NCBI GenBank assembly: GCA_017644045.1
Contig: JAEPMI010000013.1
Coordinates: forward strand, 327,556-391,555
Direction of reading: 5' to 3'
From: Deltaproteobacteria bacterium
Lineage (GTDB): Bacteria; Myxococcota_A; Polyangia; Polyangiales; Houyiibacteriaceae
Length of the DNA stretch: 64,000 bases
Part shown: positions 50,142-59,029 of the stretch, one piece after another
Position numbering within the stretch: the stretch's first letter is position 1
Layout: each line of letters opens with the position of its first letter
Translations under genes and position numbers: made by a program
The notes under the pieces: generated by a model
Seen by the model: the letters and a program-made list of their open reading frames with translations, nothing else
Told to the model about the DNA's origin: nothing
Database searches by the model: none

Positions 50142-51676
50142 TCCTCGTCCTCACCCGACGGCAGCGCCAGGACCTCGGGGCTCGAGGCGTCCTTGAGCGG
50201 CACGCCCCAGAGCGGAAAGCGGCGCGGCGGCTCGTACTGAAGCAGCGGCAGCGGCTTTTCGGTGTCCTCGAGCGGATCGGCGATGAGCGGGACCGCGGCC
50301 ACGTCGCGGAGCACGCGACGGGAGACCGGGCCGAAGGCTCCGGCGGGGATCACTCGCGGGGCGTCGACCTCGGGATCGAAGAAGACGTAGCCGTCGCCGC
50401 GATCGCGGACGAGGTCCTGCAGCACCGCGGGCGAGACCGCGGGGACGAGCGAGAGGCCGGAGGGCACGTAGATCCGCGGCGCCACCTCCGAGTGGAAGAT
50501 GCCGAGAGGGACGCCCTCGATGCCGCTTGGGTCGAGTAGGTAGAAGCGGTCCTCGCCCACGGCGATCTTCAGCGCCGCCAACGTGTTGGGCGGGAGCGCG
50601 TAGAGCATCCGCGCGAGCCACTCGCGGTTGGCGAAGGGGACGACCGTGGCGGTCACGGCGCGCCACGGCTCGGTCGAGGGCGCGAGGCGGAGCGGCAGCG
50701 AGAGATCCAGGCTGGTCTCGACCCCGCCACCCTCGGCGACGGCGGCGGCTCCTTCGAGGTCGACTCCCGTCCGCACCAGGGAGCGGACCGGGGCGAAGGG
50801 CGGCAGCGGGTCGACGATGAGGACCTCACCGTCGCCGCGGAAGAAGTGGAGCGCCTCGTCGTTGAAGAGGCTCGAGCAGCTCTCGAGCGCGATCGGGTGG
50901 CGGTAGCCGAGCTCGACACCGAAGGAGCGGCCGAGCGGTTCGAAGACGTGAACGCCTGGCAGGCTCGCGAAGAGCCGAGTCACCCGCTCGGGGGTCTCCG
51001 AGACGTCGAAGAGATAGAGGCGCTTGGGCCGATCCTCGAAGGCGCTCGCGGGAGGCCACTCCGCCAGCGCGGCCTGCGCGGCGACCTGCCACCGGAAGAG
51101 GTAGGAGAGCATCGCACCGCCGACGCCCACCTCCGCCGTGGCCCAGAGGCGCGCGGGCAGGGGCTCGCCGCGGGTCGCGGGGACCCGATAGGGCTGGAGC
51201 TTGAAGACCAGATCGCGGAAGGCGAGATCCCGGTCGAAGCGGTACGACTGGCGGAAGGCGTCGTCGTAGAGGACCAGGTCGGCGGGCTCATCCAGGAGCT
51301 CCACCACGTCGTAGCCGAGCGGCGAACCGGAGTCGCGATACTTCACGAAGTGCCGCGAGGTGCCGGTGAAGACCAGGCCGCCCGCCAGCTTCGCGACGCC
51401 GGCCACCCGGTCCATCCGGTAGCTCGACTCGGCCTGGACGGTGAGCATGATCTCCCGCGTCCGGAGCGGGGTCTCCAGCCGCCGGAGCACCAGCGTCGGC
51501 AGCAGCTCGTCGAGCGAGCCCTCGTCGCCGTAGGCCCGGAGGAAGGCGACCAGCCGGTCGATCGACGGGAAGAGCACCAGGCCCTTCTGGCCGAGCACCA
51601 CGCCGCGAGCGTCGGGGGCGACGCCCGGAGTGCGGAAGCGGGTCTGGTGGAGCGCGGCGCGCTCGAGGTGAGCCAT
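50138..51676 (-). CDS. Hypothetical protein (512 aa), no recognisable motif
   Basis: Start taken at MAHLERAALHQ (ATG 51676). It is the first gene of the cluster and is preceded by a 366-bp non-coding region. Confidence 0.6.
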   Translation of the reverse strand: MAHLERAALHQTRFRTPGVAPDARGVVLGQKGLVLFPSIDRLVAFLRAYGDEGSLDELLPTLVLRRLETPLRTREIMLTVQAESSYRMDRVAGVAKLAGGLVFTGTSRHFVKYRDSGSPLGYDVVELLDEPADLVLYDDAFRQSYRFDRDLAFRDLVFKLQPYRVPATRGEPLPARLWATAEVGVGGAMLSYLFRWQVAAQAALAEWPPASAFEDRPKRLYLFDVSETPERVTRLFASLPGVHVFEPLGRSFGVELGYRHPIALESCSSLFNDEALHFFRGDGEVLIVDPLPPFAPVRSLVRTGVDLEGAAAVAEGGGVETSLDLSLPLRLAPSTEPWRAVTATVVPFANREWLARMLYALPPNTLAALKIAVGEDRFYLLDPSGIEGVPLGIFHSEVAPRIYVPSGLSLVPAVSPAVLQDLVRDRGDGYVFFDPEVDAPRVIPAGAFGPVSRRVLRDVAAVPLIADPLEDTEKPLPLLQYEPPRRFPLWGVPLKDASSPEVLALPSGEDED

Positions 51677-52042
51677 CGGCCGGCATCCTACGCGCCCGGC
51701 CCAGGTCACGAAAGCTCAGACTCGGGGCGGTTTCGGGGCTCGGCAGGTCCAATGGGCAGATTCGGGCGAGACGCACCGCACACTTCGCCAATCCGGTCTG
51801 AGCCAGCTCTTCACCCACCTGCACGAGAGTCCGGCCCGCGGGGTCTCGTCGCGTCGAGCCATGCGTCCAGCGAGTATCGGGCGCCGGCGCGAGATGGGCG
51901 CGGTGGCTCGCACCGCAGACGACTGGGCGCCGAGGGTGTTGGGGCAGCCGGGACCCCGTGAGAGACGTGCGTAGGCTCACGATGGCCGTCGTCGCAGGTC
52001 CGGGGCGTGTGACCGATGGGGCTCCTCGCGTGTCCCATCGTC

Positions 52043-52594
52043 ATGACCAGCCCCGTGACCACTTCCGGCTCCTCGACGAAGACCAGCTCTGACCCGAAGG
52101 GCGGCTCCCCAAAGGGGGACTCGCCACTGCAGGTCGTTCAGCGCCGGCGGAAGTGGCCGCTGGTGGTGGCCGCCATCCTGACCCTCGCCGTATTCGTCGG
52201 CGGGTGGCTCTTCGACGCCCGGCTCATCACGGGGCCGAAACTCGAGGAGGCCACCACCCAGCTCGAAGCCGCGAACGCGCGGGCGGACGAGCTCGAGGGG
52301 ACCGCTGCGGAGCGGCTCCGTGAGCTCGAGACCCTCCGCGAGAGGACCGATCTCCTGGCGGCGAGAGCCGACATCGCCCGCGCGCTCGACGCGCTGGACG
52401 ACCGCAACTTCGGCATCGCCCAGCGGGCGCTCGGACGGGCCGCCCAGACACTCGAGCAAAGTCCCGCGAACGGAAGCGCGGATCTCGCGAACCAGGTCGG
52501 GGAGGTAGACGTGCGGCCGGTGGAGGATCTCAGCGCGATCCGTGAGCAGGTCAAGGGCCTCGGTCAGGCCTTGGACGACTTGCTGGGCTCCTGA
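52043..52594 (+). CDS. Single-pass membrane protein with coiled-coil ectodomain
   Basis: Ser/Thr/Lys-rich N-terminus, TM WPLVVAAILTLAVFVGGWLF, then a helical Ala/Glu/Arg/Leu region. High GC3. The start may instead be 52016. Confidence 0.5.
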   Translation: MTSPVTTSGSSTKTSSDPKGGSPKGDSPLQVVQRRRKWPLVVAAILTLAVFVGGWLFDARLITGPKLEEATTQLEAANARADELEGTAAERLRELETLRERTDLLAARADIARALDALDDRNFGIAQRALGRAAQTLEQSPANGSADLANQVGEVDVRPVEDLSAIREQVKGLGQALDDLLGS

Positions 52595-53409
52595 GACTCT
52601 CGCACGATCAGCGGCTGCTCGACCAGCAGCGTGCAGGGGATCGAGCGGGTCGTCGTGGCATCGATCCTGAGGATCGCCGCGGTGGCGGAGTAGCCGACGA
52701 TCCGCCCGACGAGCCCGTCGTGCTCGAGCTCCGAGCCGACGGGAAAGAGGCGGTCGCAGTACCGCCGAGCCACGAGATTCGCAAAAGTCGGACGGCACGC
52801 GAGCGCGAACGCGAGCGCCAGGGCCGCCACCACACCACCAACGACCACCACCATCAACGACCCCACGAGCTCGGTGTCGATGCCTGCCTGTTCGGCGGCC
52901 ATGGTCACGGCGACGGCGGCGATCCCATAGAACGCGATCTCCCCCACGAGCTGCGGAGCGCTGAGTCCCGTCTCCCGGGTCCGTAGAACGCGACGGACAA
53001 ACTGACCGAGCCACACGCCGGCGACGATGAGGGCCAGCGCCGCGACCAACCGCGGAAGGAAGGCCATCGCCGCGGAGAGCAGCTGGGCGACCGCCTCGAA
53101 TCCCGCGAGCTCCGCTGCCGCGGAGAGCGCGACGAGAATCGTCGCGAAAAAGACGATGCGGCCGAGAAAGCGCGCGAGCCCAGACCGCGCACCCAGCGCG
53201 TAGAGCACGCGCGCGACCCCTGCCTCCTCTCCGAGAGCTTCGAGCCGACTCCGCCGGACGATCCAGCGCGTCACCGCGCTCATCACGATCGCGCCGAGCC
53301 AGCCCAGCAGGAGCACCACCACGATCGCGGCTAGGGTGGGTAAGAGGGCGAGCACACGAGCCAGAAAGGTCTCCCACGTACTCTCCAACCAGGCGCTCGT
53401 CTCAGTCAT
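52564..53409 (-). CDS. Multi-pass membrane protein with 'conserved TM helix' repeats (MscS-N-terminal-like)
   Basis: Start at MTETSAWLESTWETFLARVL. There are four or five long hydrophobic helices with similar spacing. The assignment is by resemblance only. Confidence 0.55.
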   Translation of the reverse strand: MTETSAWLESTWETFLARVLALLPTLAAIVVVLLLGWLGAIVMSAVTRWIVRRSRLEALGEEAGVARVLYALGARSGLARFLGRIVFFATILVALSAAAELAGFEAVAQLLSAAMAFLPRLVAALALIVAGVWLGQFVRRVLRTRETGLSAPQLVGEIAFYGIAAVAVTMAAEQAGIDTELVGSLMVVVVGGVVAALALAFALACRPTFANLVARRYCDRLFPVGSELEHDGLVGRIVGYSATAAILRIDATTTRSIPCTLLVEQPLIVRESQEPSKSSKA

Positions 53410-53626
53410 CGTCGGCCTCCTCATCCTCTTCCTGAGCGCGGGGGGACACCGCGTTGATGGAGTCGAGCACGAACCCCCCGAAGACGTCGACCAAGGAGGG
53501 AGTGTCCAGCGCTTCGACGCGCCGAGCGACGTTCTCGGTGAAGGTATCGCTGACCTGCACCCGCTGGGCCCGAAGCGGACCGAGCAGGTAGTGCACGCGC
53601 TCTTCGGTCTCGTCGCGCTCACTCAT
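53402..53626 (-). CDS. Small acidic protein (74 aa), possible anti-sigma or adaptor component
   Basis: The ATG overlaps the sigma-factor stop (ATGA), and its 3' end overlaps the next gene's start by 8 nt. No TM or Cys is present. It ends in EEDEEADDD. Confidence 0.45.
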   Translation of the reverse strand: MSERDETEERVHYLLGPLRAQRVQVSDTFTENVARRVEALDTPSLVDVFGGFVLDSINAVSPRAQEEDEEADDD

Positions 53627-54255
53627 CGGTCTCTCCCCGATGGTTCGACGGTCGACGCCGCCGTGTCCGTGTCGGTGCGGGCTTCATATCGTTCCACGAA
53701 GGCCTCCCGGGCGCGCTTCAAGCGCATCTTGGCCGCCGAGAGACCGACGTCGAGAGACTCGGCGATCTCCTGCAGCGAGAGCTCCTCGACGTGTCGGAGG
53801 ATGAGGATTTCACGATAGGGATACGGTAGGTCGGAGAGGACGAGCAATAGCGCCTGGTGTTCTGGGTAGGCCTCGGGAGAACCCACCGGGTTGTCGGGAG
53901 CCCACGCCGACTCGCGAAGGATCCGATGGCGGTTGGCTTCGTCCCGGCGGGCGTTGAACGCGAGCCGGGTGGCAGCGGTCCTCACGTACGCTCGGAAGTC
54001 GACCACGTCCGGCAGCGCGTCGAGCCGCTGGAAGACCCGGACGAACGCCTCCTGCGCGTAGTCTTCCGCTTGCGCCGGCGGCACAGCGAGCAGATGGGAG
54101 AGCAGGCGCACCAGCCAGCTTTGGTGTCGGGCCACCAGCGCGCCGAACGCGCGGCGGCCGGACCGCCCCCCCGCTCGTGCCACCACGAGCAGCTCTCGAT
54201 CGCTGGCGTCTTCCACGACCGCGGGACTCTCGCACGACTCCGACGGCCGACCCAC
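53623..54255 (-). CDS. ECF-type RNA polymerase sigma-70 family factor
   Basis: Region 2 has AEDYAQEAFVRVF and FRAYVRTAATRLAFNARRDE. Region 4 has REILILRHVEELSLQEIAESLDVGLSAAKMRLKRARE. Confidence 0.85.
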   Translation of the reverse strand: MGRPSESCESPAVVEDASDRELLVVARAGGRSGRRAFGALVARHQSWLVRLLSHLLAVPPAQAEDYAQEAFVRVFQRLDALPDVVDFRAYVRTAATRLAFNARRDEANRHRILRESAWAPDNPVGSPEAYPEHQALLLVLSDLPYPYREILILRHVEELSLQEIAESLDVGLSAAKMRLKRAREAFVERYEARTDTDTAASTVEPSGRDR

Positions 54256-54532
54256 GATTTCGAGTGACCTCCGTCAAGACCCGCGTGTCACCGGAGCATG
54301 ACACGGGATGACCGCCGAGAAGAGAGCCGGGCGCCCACTTCGGGCGTGCGGCTTCCCGTGTTCCTGGCCGCTACCACGCTGACCCTGCTCGTCGTGCCAT
54401 CGGGACTCAGTTGCACCGAACGGGCAGAGGCCGCGTGGTGGTGCGCGCTGGCGACGAGTCTGTTCGCCGCGCTCTTCGCACCCGGCCCGGACGATGGCGG
54501 TCCCCCCGACACCCTTGGAGGAAGACGGTAAC

Positions 54533-56650
54533 ATGAACAGAGTTTTCGCTACGGCGCTCGCGCTCACCCTCTGGTGGACCGGTGCCGCCATCGGTTCGGC
54601 GCAACGCGGGACCATTCCCGTGAACATCGAGTCGACCCCACCGGGCGCGACGGTGTTTGTGGACTCGACCGACGGTCCGGCTCTCGGCACGACCCCCCTT
54701 CGGAACGTGCGGGTCCCGAGAGGAAGGCATCGGCTCATCTTCCGGCTCGACGGTCACGAGGAGACGTCGACGGACGCGAACGTTCGACGCCGACGTGAGA
54801 CCTTCCGAGCCGAGCTGCCGGCCCAGGCTCTGCTCACGCTGAGCGCCGGCAGCGCGGCGACGTCGGCGGCGCTGATCCGCATCGACGGTGAGCCACGGGG
54901 GTCCTTCCCGCTGCGCCTGGTGGTGACCCCAGGCCGGCACCTCGTTCAGGTGGAACGGGCTGGGTTCATCACGTTCACTCAATGGGTCGAGGTCGGACGG
55001 GCCCAGCAGGTCGCCATGCCGGTGACCCTCGCGCCCGAGCCTCCCCGCACCGGCTCGATTCTGGTGGCCGGTGACACTCCTGGCGCCGAGGTGTTCGTCG
55101 ATGGTGCGCCTCGGGGCACCACCCCGACCGTTCTCGACGGTATCCCGGCCGGCGAGCATCGCGTCGAGGTACGCGCGCCCGACGTCGAATCCTTCGCCGA
55201 GACGGTGCGGGTCGAGGTTGGCGAGCGGCTGACGTTGAACCCGACGCTCCGTCCGAGTGCCCCGCCTGGGAGTACGGTGCGGGTCCTCACGAACGTGCCG
55301 GCGCGCGTCGTGGTCGACGGCGAGCTGGTGGGCACCTCCCCGGTGACCACGCGGCGGCTCGTTCCCGGCGAGCACATTCTCGAAGCGGAAGCCGATGGCT
55401 ATCAGCGGGTGCAGCAGCCCCTCGTCATCGGCGACGAGGGCGATCGCGTGCTCTCACTCCGGCTCGAGCCAGTGGTGCGGGCGCCGGGCGTGATCGTCAT
55501 CAACGCCGAGGTCGAGGGCGCGACCGTCTCGGTCAACGGTGAGGACCGGGGTGCGCCACCAGTCGTCATCGAAGACGCGGAGGCTCGCACCCATGCGATC
55601 ATCGTGGAGGCCCCCGGACACCGACCGTTCCGGGGGACGTGCCAGACCGCGCCTGGCCGCGACTGCCGCATCCACGCAGAGCTCGAGTCGCTGCCGGTCC
55701 AGGTCCGCGTCGTGCTGGACCCCCCAGTGGAAGACGCCGAGCTCTGGGTCGACGACGAGCTCGCCGGGCCGGTGCCCTTCGACGGCACGCTCCCTGCGGG
55801 GGCGAGGCTGATCGAGGTGCGGGCGGAGGGGTTTCGAACCCACCGCACCCGAGCGACGTTGGTGGTGAGCCCCGAGCCACGCCTCTTCGAAGTCACCCTG
55901 AGGCGGGAAGGTGAGCTGACGGAAGAACAACAACGGGTGGCGGCCGAAGACCGCGCCCGCCGTCATCGCCAGGCCGTGGCCCGATCCGGTGCCCCGCTCG
56001 AAAGCGACTACGCCATCTTGGACTTCTCCACCGGCTGGCCGTACCTCCTCGAGGGTCGACTCGGCATCGGCATTCTGCCGTGGCTGGAAGCCGGTGTCGC
56101 GGTCCGCTCGTTCGTCCGGCTCACGGAGTTCGAAGGGCGCGCGAAGGTCGGCTACCGACCGATCCCGCAGGTGTCCCTCGGCGTTCAGGTCCGAGTCGCC
56201 GGTGGCATCGGCCCCTCACGCGGGGCGAACGACGAAGACCGCGCGGCCGGCCAGACGGATGGGCACCCCGCCAACACCGGCTTCGTGTCACTGGAGGCCC
56301 TCGGCACGCTGCACTTCAATCGGGCCGGCAACTTCACCCTCTGGACGGCCATCGACTTCAGCAGCGACCGCTGGGACTGGTTGGGCAGTGACCGCGGCTG
56401 CCGCGATGTCGCCGGATGTGACATGCCGTCGGGTGAGCTCATCGAGGGTCGCCAGCGAGCGCTTCGAGCACGTCTCGGTGGTTCGTTCGAGTTCATCGTG
56501 ACCCGGCACTGGAACGTCTGGTTCTCGATGGAGGGCGTGATCGGACCCGGTCGGCGCATCTACGGCGACATCTTCCGGGCAGGTCGTTCCGACATCGAGA
56601 TCTACCCGCGGGCGGGTCTGACCTACAAGTTCGGCTACGCGGCGGATTGA
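54533..56650 (+). CDS. Secreted protein with about six PEGA domains and a C-terminal beta-rich domain
   Basis: Signal peptide MNRVFATALALTLWWTGAAIGSAQ. Repeated units follow, such as ESTPPGATVFVD, GDTPGAEVFVDGAPRGTTP, TNVPARVVVDGELVGTSP and EVEGATVSVNGEDRGAPP. Confidence 0.75.
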   Translation: MNRVFATALALTLWWTGAAIGSAQRGTIPVNIESTPPGATVFVDSTDGPALGTTPLRNVRVPRGRHRLIFRLDGHEETSTDANVRRRRETFRAELPAQALLTLSAGSAATSAALIRIDGEPRGSFPLRLVVTPGRHLVQVERAGFITFTQWVEVGRAQQVAMPVTLAPEPPRTGSILVAGDTPGAEVFVDGAPRGTTPTVLDGIPAGEHRVEVRAPDVESFAETVRVEVGERLTLNPTLRPSAPPGSTVRVLTNVPARVVVDGELVGTSPVTTRRLVPGEHILEAEADGYQRVQQPLVIGDEGDRVLSLRLEPVVRAPGVIVINAEVEGATVSVNGEDRGAPPVVIEDAEARTHAIIVEAPGHRPFRGTCQTAPGRDCRIHAELESLPVQVRVVLDPPVEDAELWVDDELAGPVPFDGTLPAGARLIEVRAEGFRTHRTRATLVVSPEPRLFEVTLRREGELTEEQQRVAAEDRARRHRQAVARSGAPLESDYAILDFSTGWPYLLEGRLGIGILPWLEAGVAVRSFVRLTEFEGRAKVGYRPIPQVSLGVQVRVAGGIGPSRGANDEDRAAGQTDGHPANTGFVSLEALGTLHFNRAGNFTLWTAIDFSSDRWDWLGSDRGCRDVAGCDMPSGELIEGRQRALRARLGGSFEFIVTRHWNVWFSMEGVIGPGRRIYGDIFRAGRSDIEIYPRAGLTYKFGYAAD

Positions 56651-56685
56651 TGTGACCAACGTGGGGGAGTGCGTGTCGTGATGTC

Positions 56686-56904
56686 ATGGCACGCGCTCTC
56701 CTCACTCGTTGCGCTCCGTACCTCGGACCGGTTGCCTGGCTCACGGCGCTGGTGGTCATCGCGTTCACCCCGGTCGGCTCCGCCGATGCACGGCTCCTCT
56801 CGTCGTTGCTCTACCTGGCGCTGGCCTGCGGGGTCACGGACGCGACATGGCTCTCGAACGCGCGGCGACGCCCGTCGAGTCGTCGGCAGAAGGTGAGCCG
56901 GTGA
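56686..56904 (+). CDS. Possible small membrane protein (72 aa)
   Basis: Two hydrophobic stretches (VAWLTALVVIAFTPV, LLSSLLYLALACGV). There is no motif and only moderate codon bias. Confidence 0.25.
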   Translation: MARALLTRCAPYLGPVAWLTALVVIAFTPVGSADARLLSSLLYLALACGVTDATWLSNARRRPSSRRQKVSR

Positions 56905-56975
56905 AGAACCGGGCGCTGAAGCCGGCAGCGATCCGGAATCTGGCCAGGCGTCAGCCAGCCCGTACCGGCGGCGCT

Positions 56976-57413
56976 CTAGCGTCGGGCCGCGAGCCAGGCG
57001 TCGAGCGAGTAGCGGCCGACCTCGTGGCGGGTGAAGTGGATGCACACGCCGATCAGGCAGACGTTCTTCACGAGGTTGGTGCGCTGGAGGATGTCCCAGG
57101 TCCACGCCCAGTCGGCGGGCAGCCCCTCGGGCTTCCGGATCACGCCGGGCAGGTGAACGGTCCCCGTCACCACCACCAGGAACGCGATGAGCAGGAGCGC
57201 GCCCGCTTTCAGGTGGTAGCCGGTGGCGATGGACGAGCCGCCGACCAGCAGGAGGACTCCCGCGCCGATCGACGCGAGCCGGGCGAAGGGGACCCAGTGC
57301 GGCATGAGGAACTGGATCAGGTCGTCGGAGAAGATGTGCTCGAAGCCGAGCCCCAGGAAGATGGTGCTGACCAGCAGTCGGAAGACCAGATCGTTCGCGT
57401 CCCGCCCCAACAC
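56976..57413 (-). CDS. DoxX-family membrane protein
   Basis: RLLVSTIFLGLGFEHIF...ASIGAGVLLLVGGSSIATGYHLKAGALLLIAFLVVVTGTVHLP is the typical four-helix DoxX layout. Confidence 0.8.
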   Translation of the reverse strand: MLGRDANDLVFRLLVSTIFLGLGFEHIFSDDLIQFLMPHWVPFARLASIGAGVLLLVGGSSIATGYHLKAGALLLIAFLVVVTGTVHLPGVIRKPEGLPADWAWTWDILQRTNLVKNVCLIGVCIHFTRHEVGRYSLDAWLAARR

Positions 57414-57503
57414 GGTGAATCACGGTAACAGACCGGTGGCGTCGCTTGGTCGACCAATGAACTCCGACTCGCGTCTTCGCTGGACCGGTGTAGGCTCGGC
57501 CCG

Positions 57504-57947
57504 ATGGTGCGCCTCCTCGCGTCGATCGTGCTCGTGTCCTCCCTGGTCGCCGGGACGGCCATGGCCGACCCGCCTGCGCCGACGCTGGCGTCACGGCTCG
57601 ACGCCGTCTCCGCCAGCCCCTTCGCGAGCGCCGCTGACGGAACGGTCGAGCAGGCGCGGGGCGCGCTGGAGCGTGCCGAGAGCCTTCGCGCCGAAGGGAA
57701 CGCCGCCGCCGCCGCGCGCGCCGAGGCCATCGCTCGCGCCGCGGTGCACCTCGCCGAGCGCCAGGTCGCACGCGCGGCCGAGCACACGGAGCGGGACGCG
57801 GTCGCTCATCGACTCGCGGAGATCCGGCAGCGGCTGGAGACGGCGCTCGAAGCGCTCGCCCGAATGGTCGCCGCCGGAAGCGACGCCTCCGACGCGGCCG
57901 CTGCTGCGGTCGAGGCGGCGGACGGAGAAGGAGAGGACGAGGAGTGA
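57504..57947 (+). CDS. Secreted Ala/Arg/Glu-rich helical protein (DUF4398-like, tentative)
   Basis: Signal peptide MVRLLASIVLVSSLVAGTAMA followed by a helical low-complexity region. The stop overlaps the next gene's GTG start. Confidence 0.5.
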   Translation: MVRLLASIVLVSSLVAGTAMADPPAPTLASRLDAVSASPFASAADGTVEQARGALERAESLRAEGNAAAAARAEAIARAAVHLAERQVARAAEHTERDAVAHRLAEIRQRLETALEALARMVAAGSDASDAAAAAVEAADGEGEDEE

Positions 57948-58957
57948 GGCTCGCGTTGCTCGTCTCGCTCGCCGTCGCCTGCGGCGGTGCACCGACCGCG
58001 GGGATGCGGCTCGCGTTCGAGGAGGCCGACGTCGCTCGTGCGGAGCGCGCGCCCGATCTGCTGGCTCGGGCCCGCGAGGCGCGCGAACGCGCCGAGGCCG
58101 CGGCGGCCGCGGGTGACGACGACGCGGCGGCCGACCACGCCACCGAGGCGCGCCTCTGGCTGCGCGCGGCTCTGGTGGAGGTGGACCGACTCGAGCTCGA
58201 AGCGGCTCGCCTCGACGACGAGCGCGAGGAGGAGGCGGCCGCCCAGCGGCTCGCCCAAACCCAGAGCGAGCGCCGGGCGCGGGAGGCGACCCTGGGACGG
58301 GAGCGCGCCGCGGCCGTGGCGCGGGAGCAGATGGAGCTCGCCTTCGTCGCCGCGGAGGCCCGCGAGACTCGCCGGCAGGATCCGGGCGCGATGGACCCGC
58401 TGGCCGCTGCCCGTGCCTTCCTCGATCGGGCTCGGTTGCTGACCGGGGCGGCGCGCGCGCTCGGCGCCCCCGCCGAGAGCACCGCGGCACTCCTCGCGAC
58501 GCTGGAGACCGCACCGACGACGCGCGATGGGAACCAGGCCCTTCGGGAAGCGCTCGGCCTCCACCGCCAGGCGCTCACCCTGCTGGGCGACGCGCGCGCG
58601 GAGTCGCCGGTGACCCCGGCGGTGATCGCCAGCTTCGTCGAGTCCGCGAGAGAGCGGGGCCTGGAGGTCTCGCTGACGCCGGATGGCGCCTTCGTCTCGC
58701 TGGATCGCAACGACGTGTCGAAAATGGCCGATCTGGTGCGGGAGTTCCCCCACGGTCCGGTCCGGCTCCAGGGGCGGGGTGCCCGCCGCTTCCACGGAGC
58801 GCTCGGTCGCGAGGAGGGCGTTCGTCGCGGCCGGCTGAGCAGCGACGAGTCGGCCGGAGAGCTCAGCGCGCAGCTGCCCGCCTACGGCACCTCCGCCGGT
58901 CTCCCCAGCGAGACCGCCGAAGAGCCCGAATCAGAGCCCGCCCCCGACGCGGGCTGA
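57944..58957 (+). CDS. Helical Ala/Arg/Glu-rich lipoprotein, unknown function
   Basis: MRLALLVSLAVACGGAPT lipobox, followed by long predicted helices. Confidence 0.5.
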   Translation: MRLALLVSLAVACGGAPTAGMRLAFEEADVARAERAPDLLARAREARERAEAAAAAGDDDAAADHATEARLWLRAALVEVDRLELEAARLDDEREEEAAAQRLAQTQSERRAREATLGRERAAAVAREQMELAFVAAEARETRRQDPGAMDPLAAARAFLDRARLLTGAARALGAPAESTAALLATLETAPTTRDGNQALREALGLHRQALTLLGDARAESPVTPAVIASFVESARERGLEVSLTPDGAFVSLDRNDVSKMADLVREFPHGPVRLQGRGARRFHGALGREEGVRRGRLSSDESAGELSAQLPAYGTSAGLPSETAEEPESEPAPDAG

Positions 58958-59029
58958 TCGGACGGAACTCACTGCGGGCCGGGGAGAACGGCGGCATCCG
59001 ACCGTATCCCCAACCGGAGGACCTTCGCC

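Noticed and set aside
51677-52042. 366-bp non-coding region upstream of the AAA+ cluster, examined for a small gene or structured RNA
   Set aside because: The listed ORFs in this region (for example 51716-51913 on the minus strand) are Arg-rich with no ribosome-binding site. I saw only a short 6-bp inverted repeat (CGTGAG/CTCACG) and no convincing structure. It is probably a divergent promoter region.
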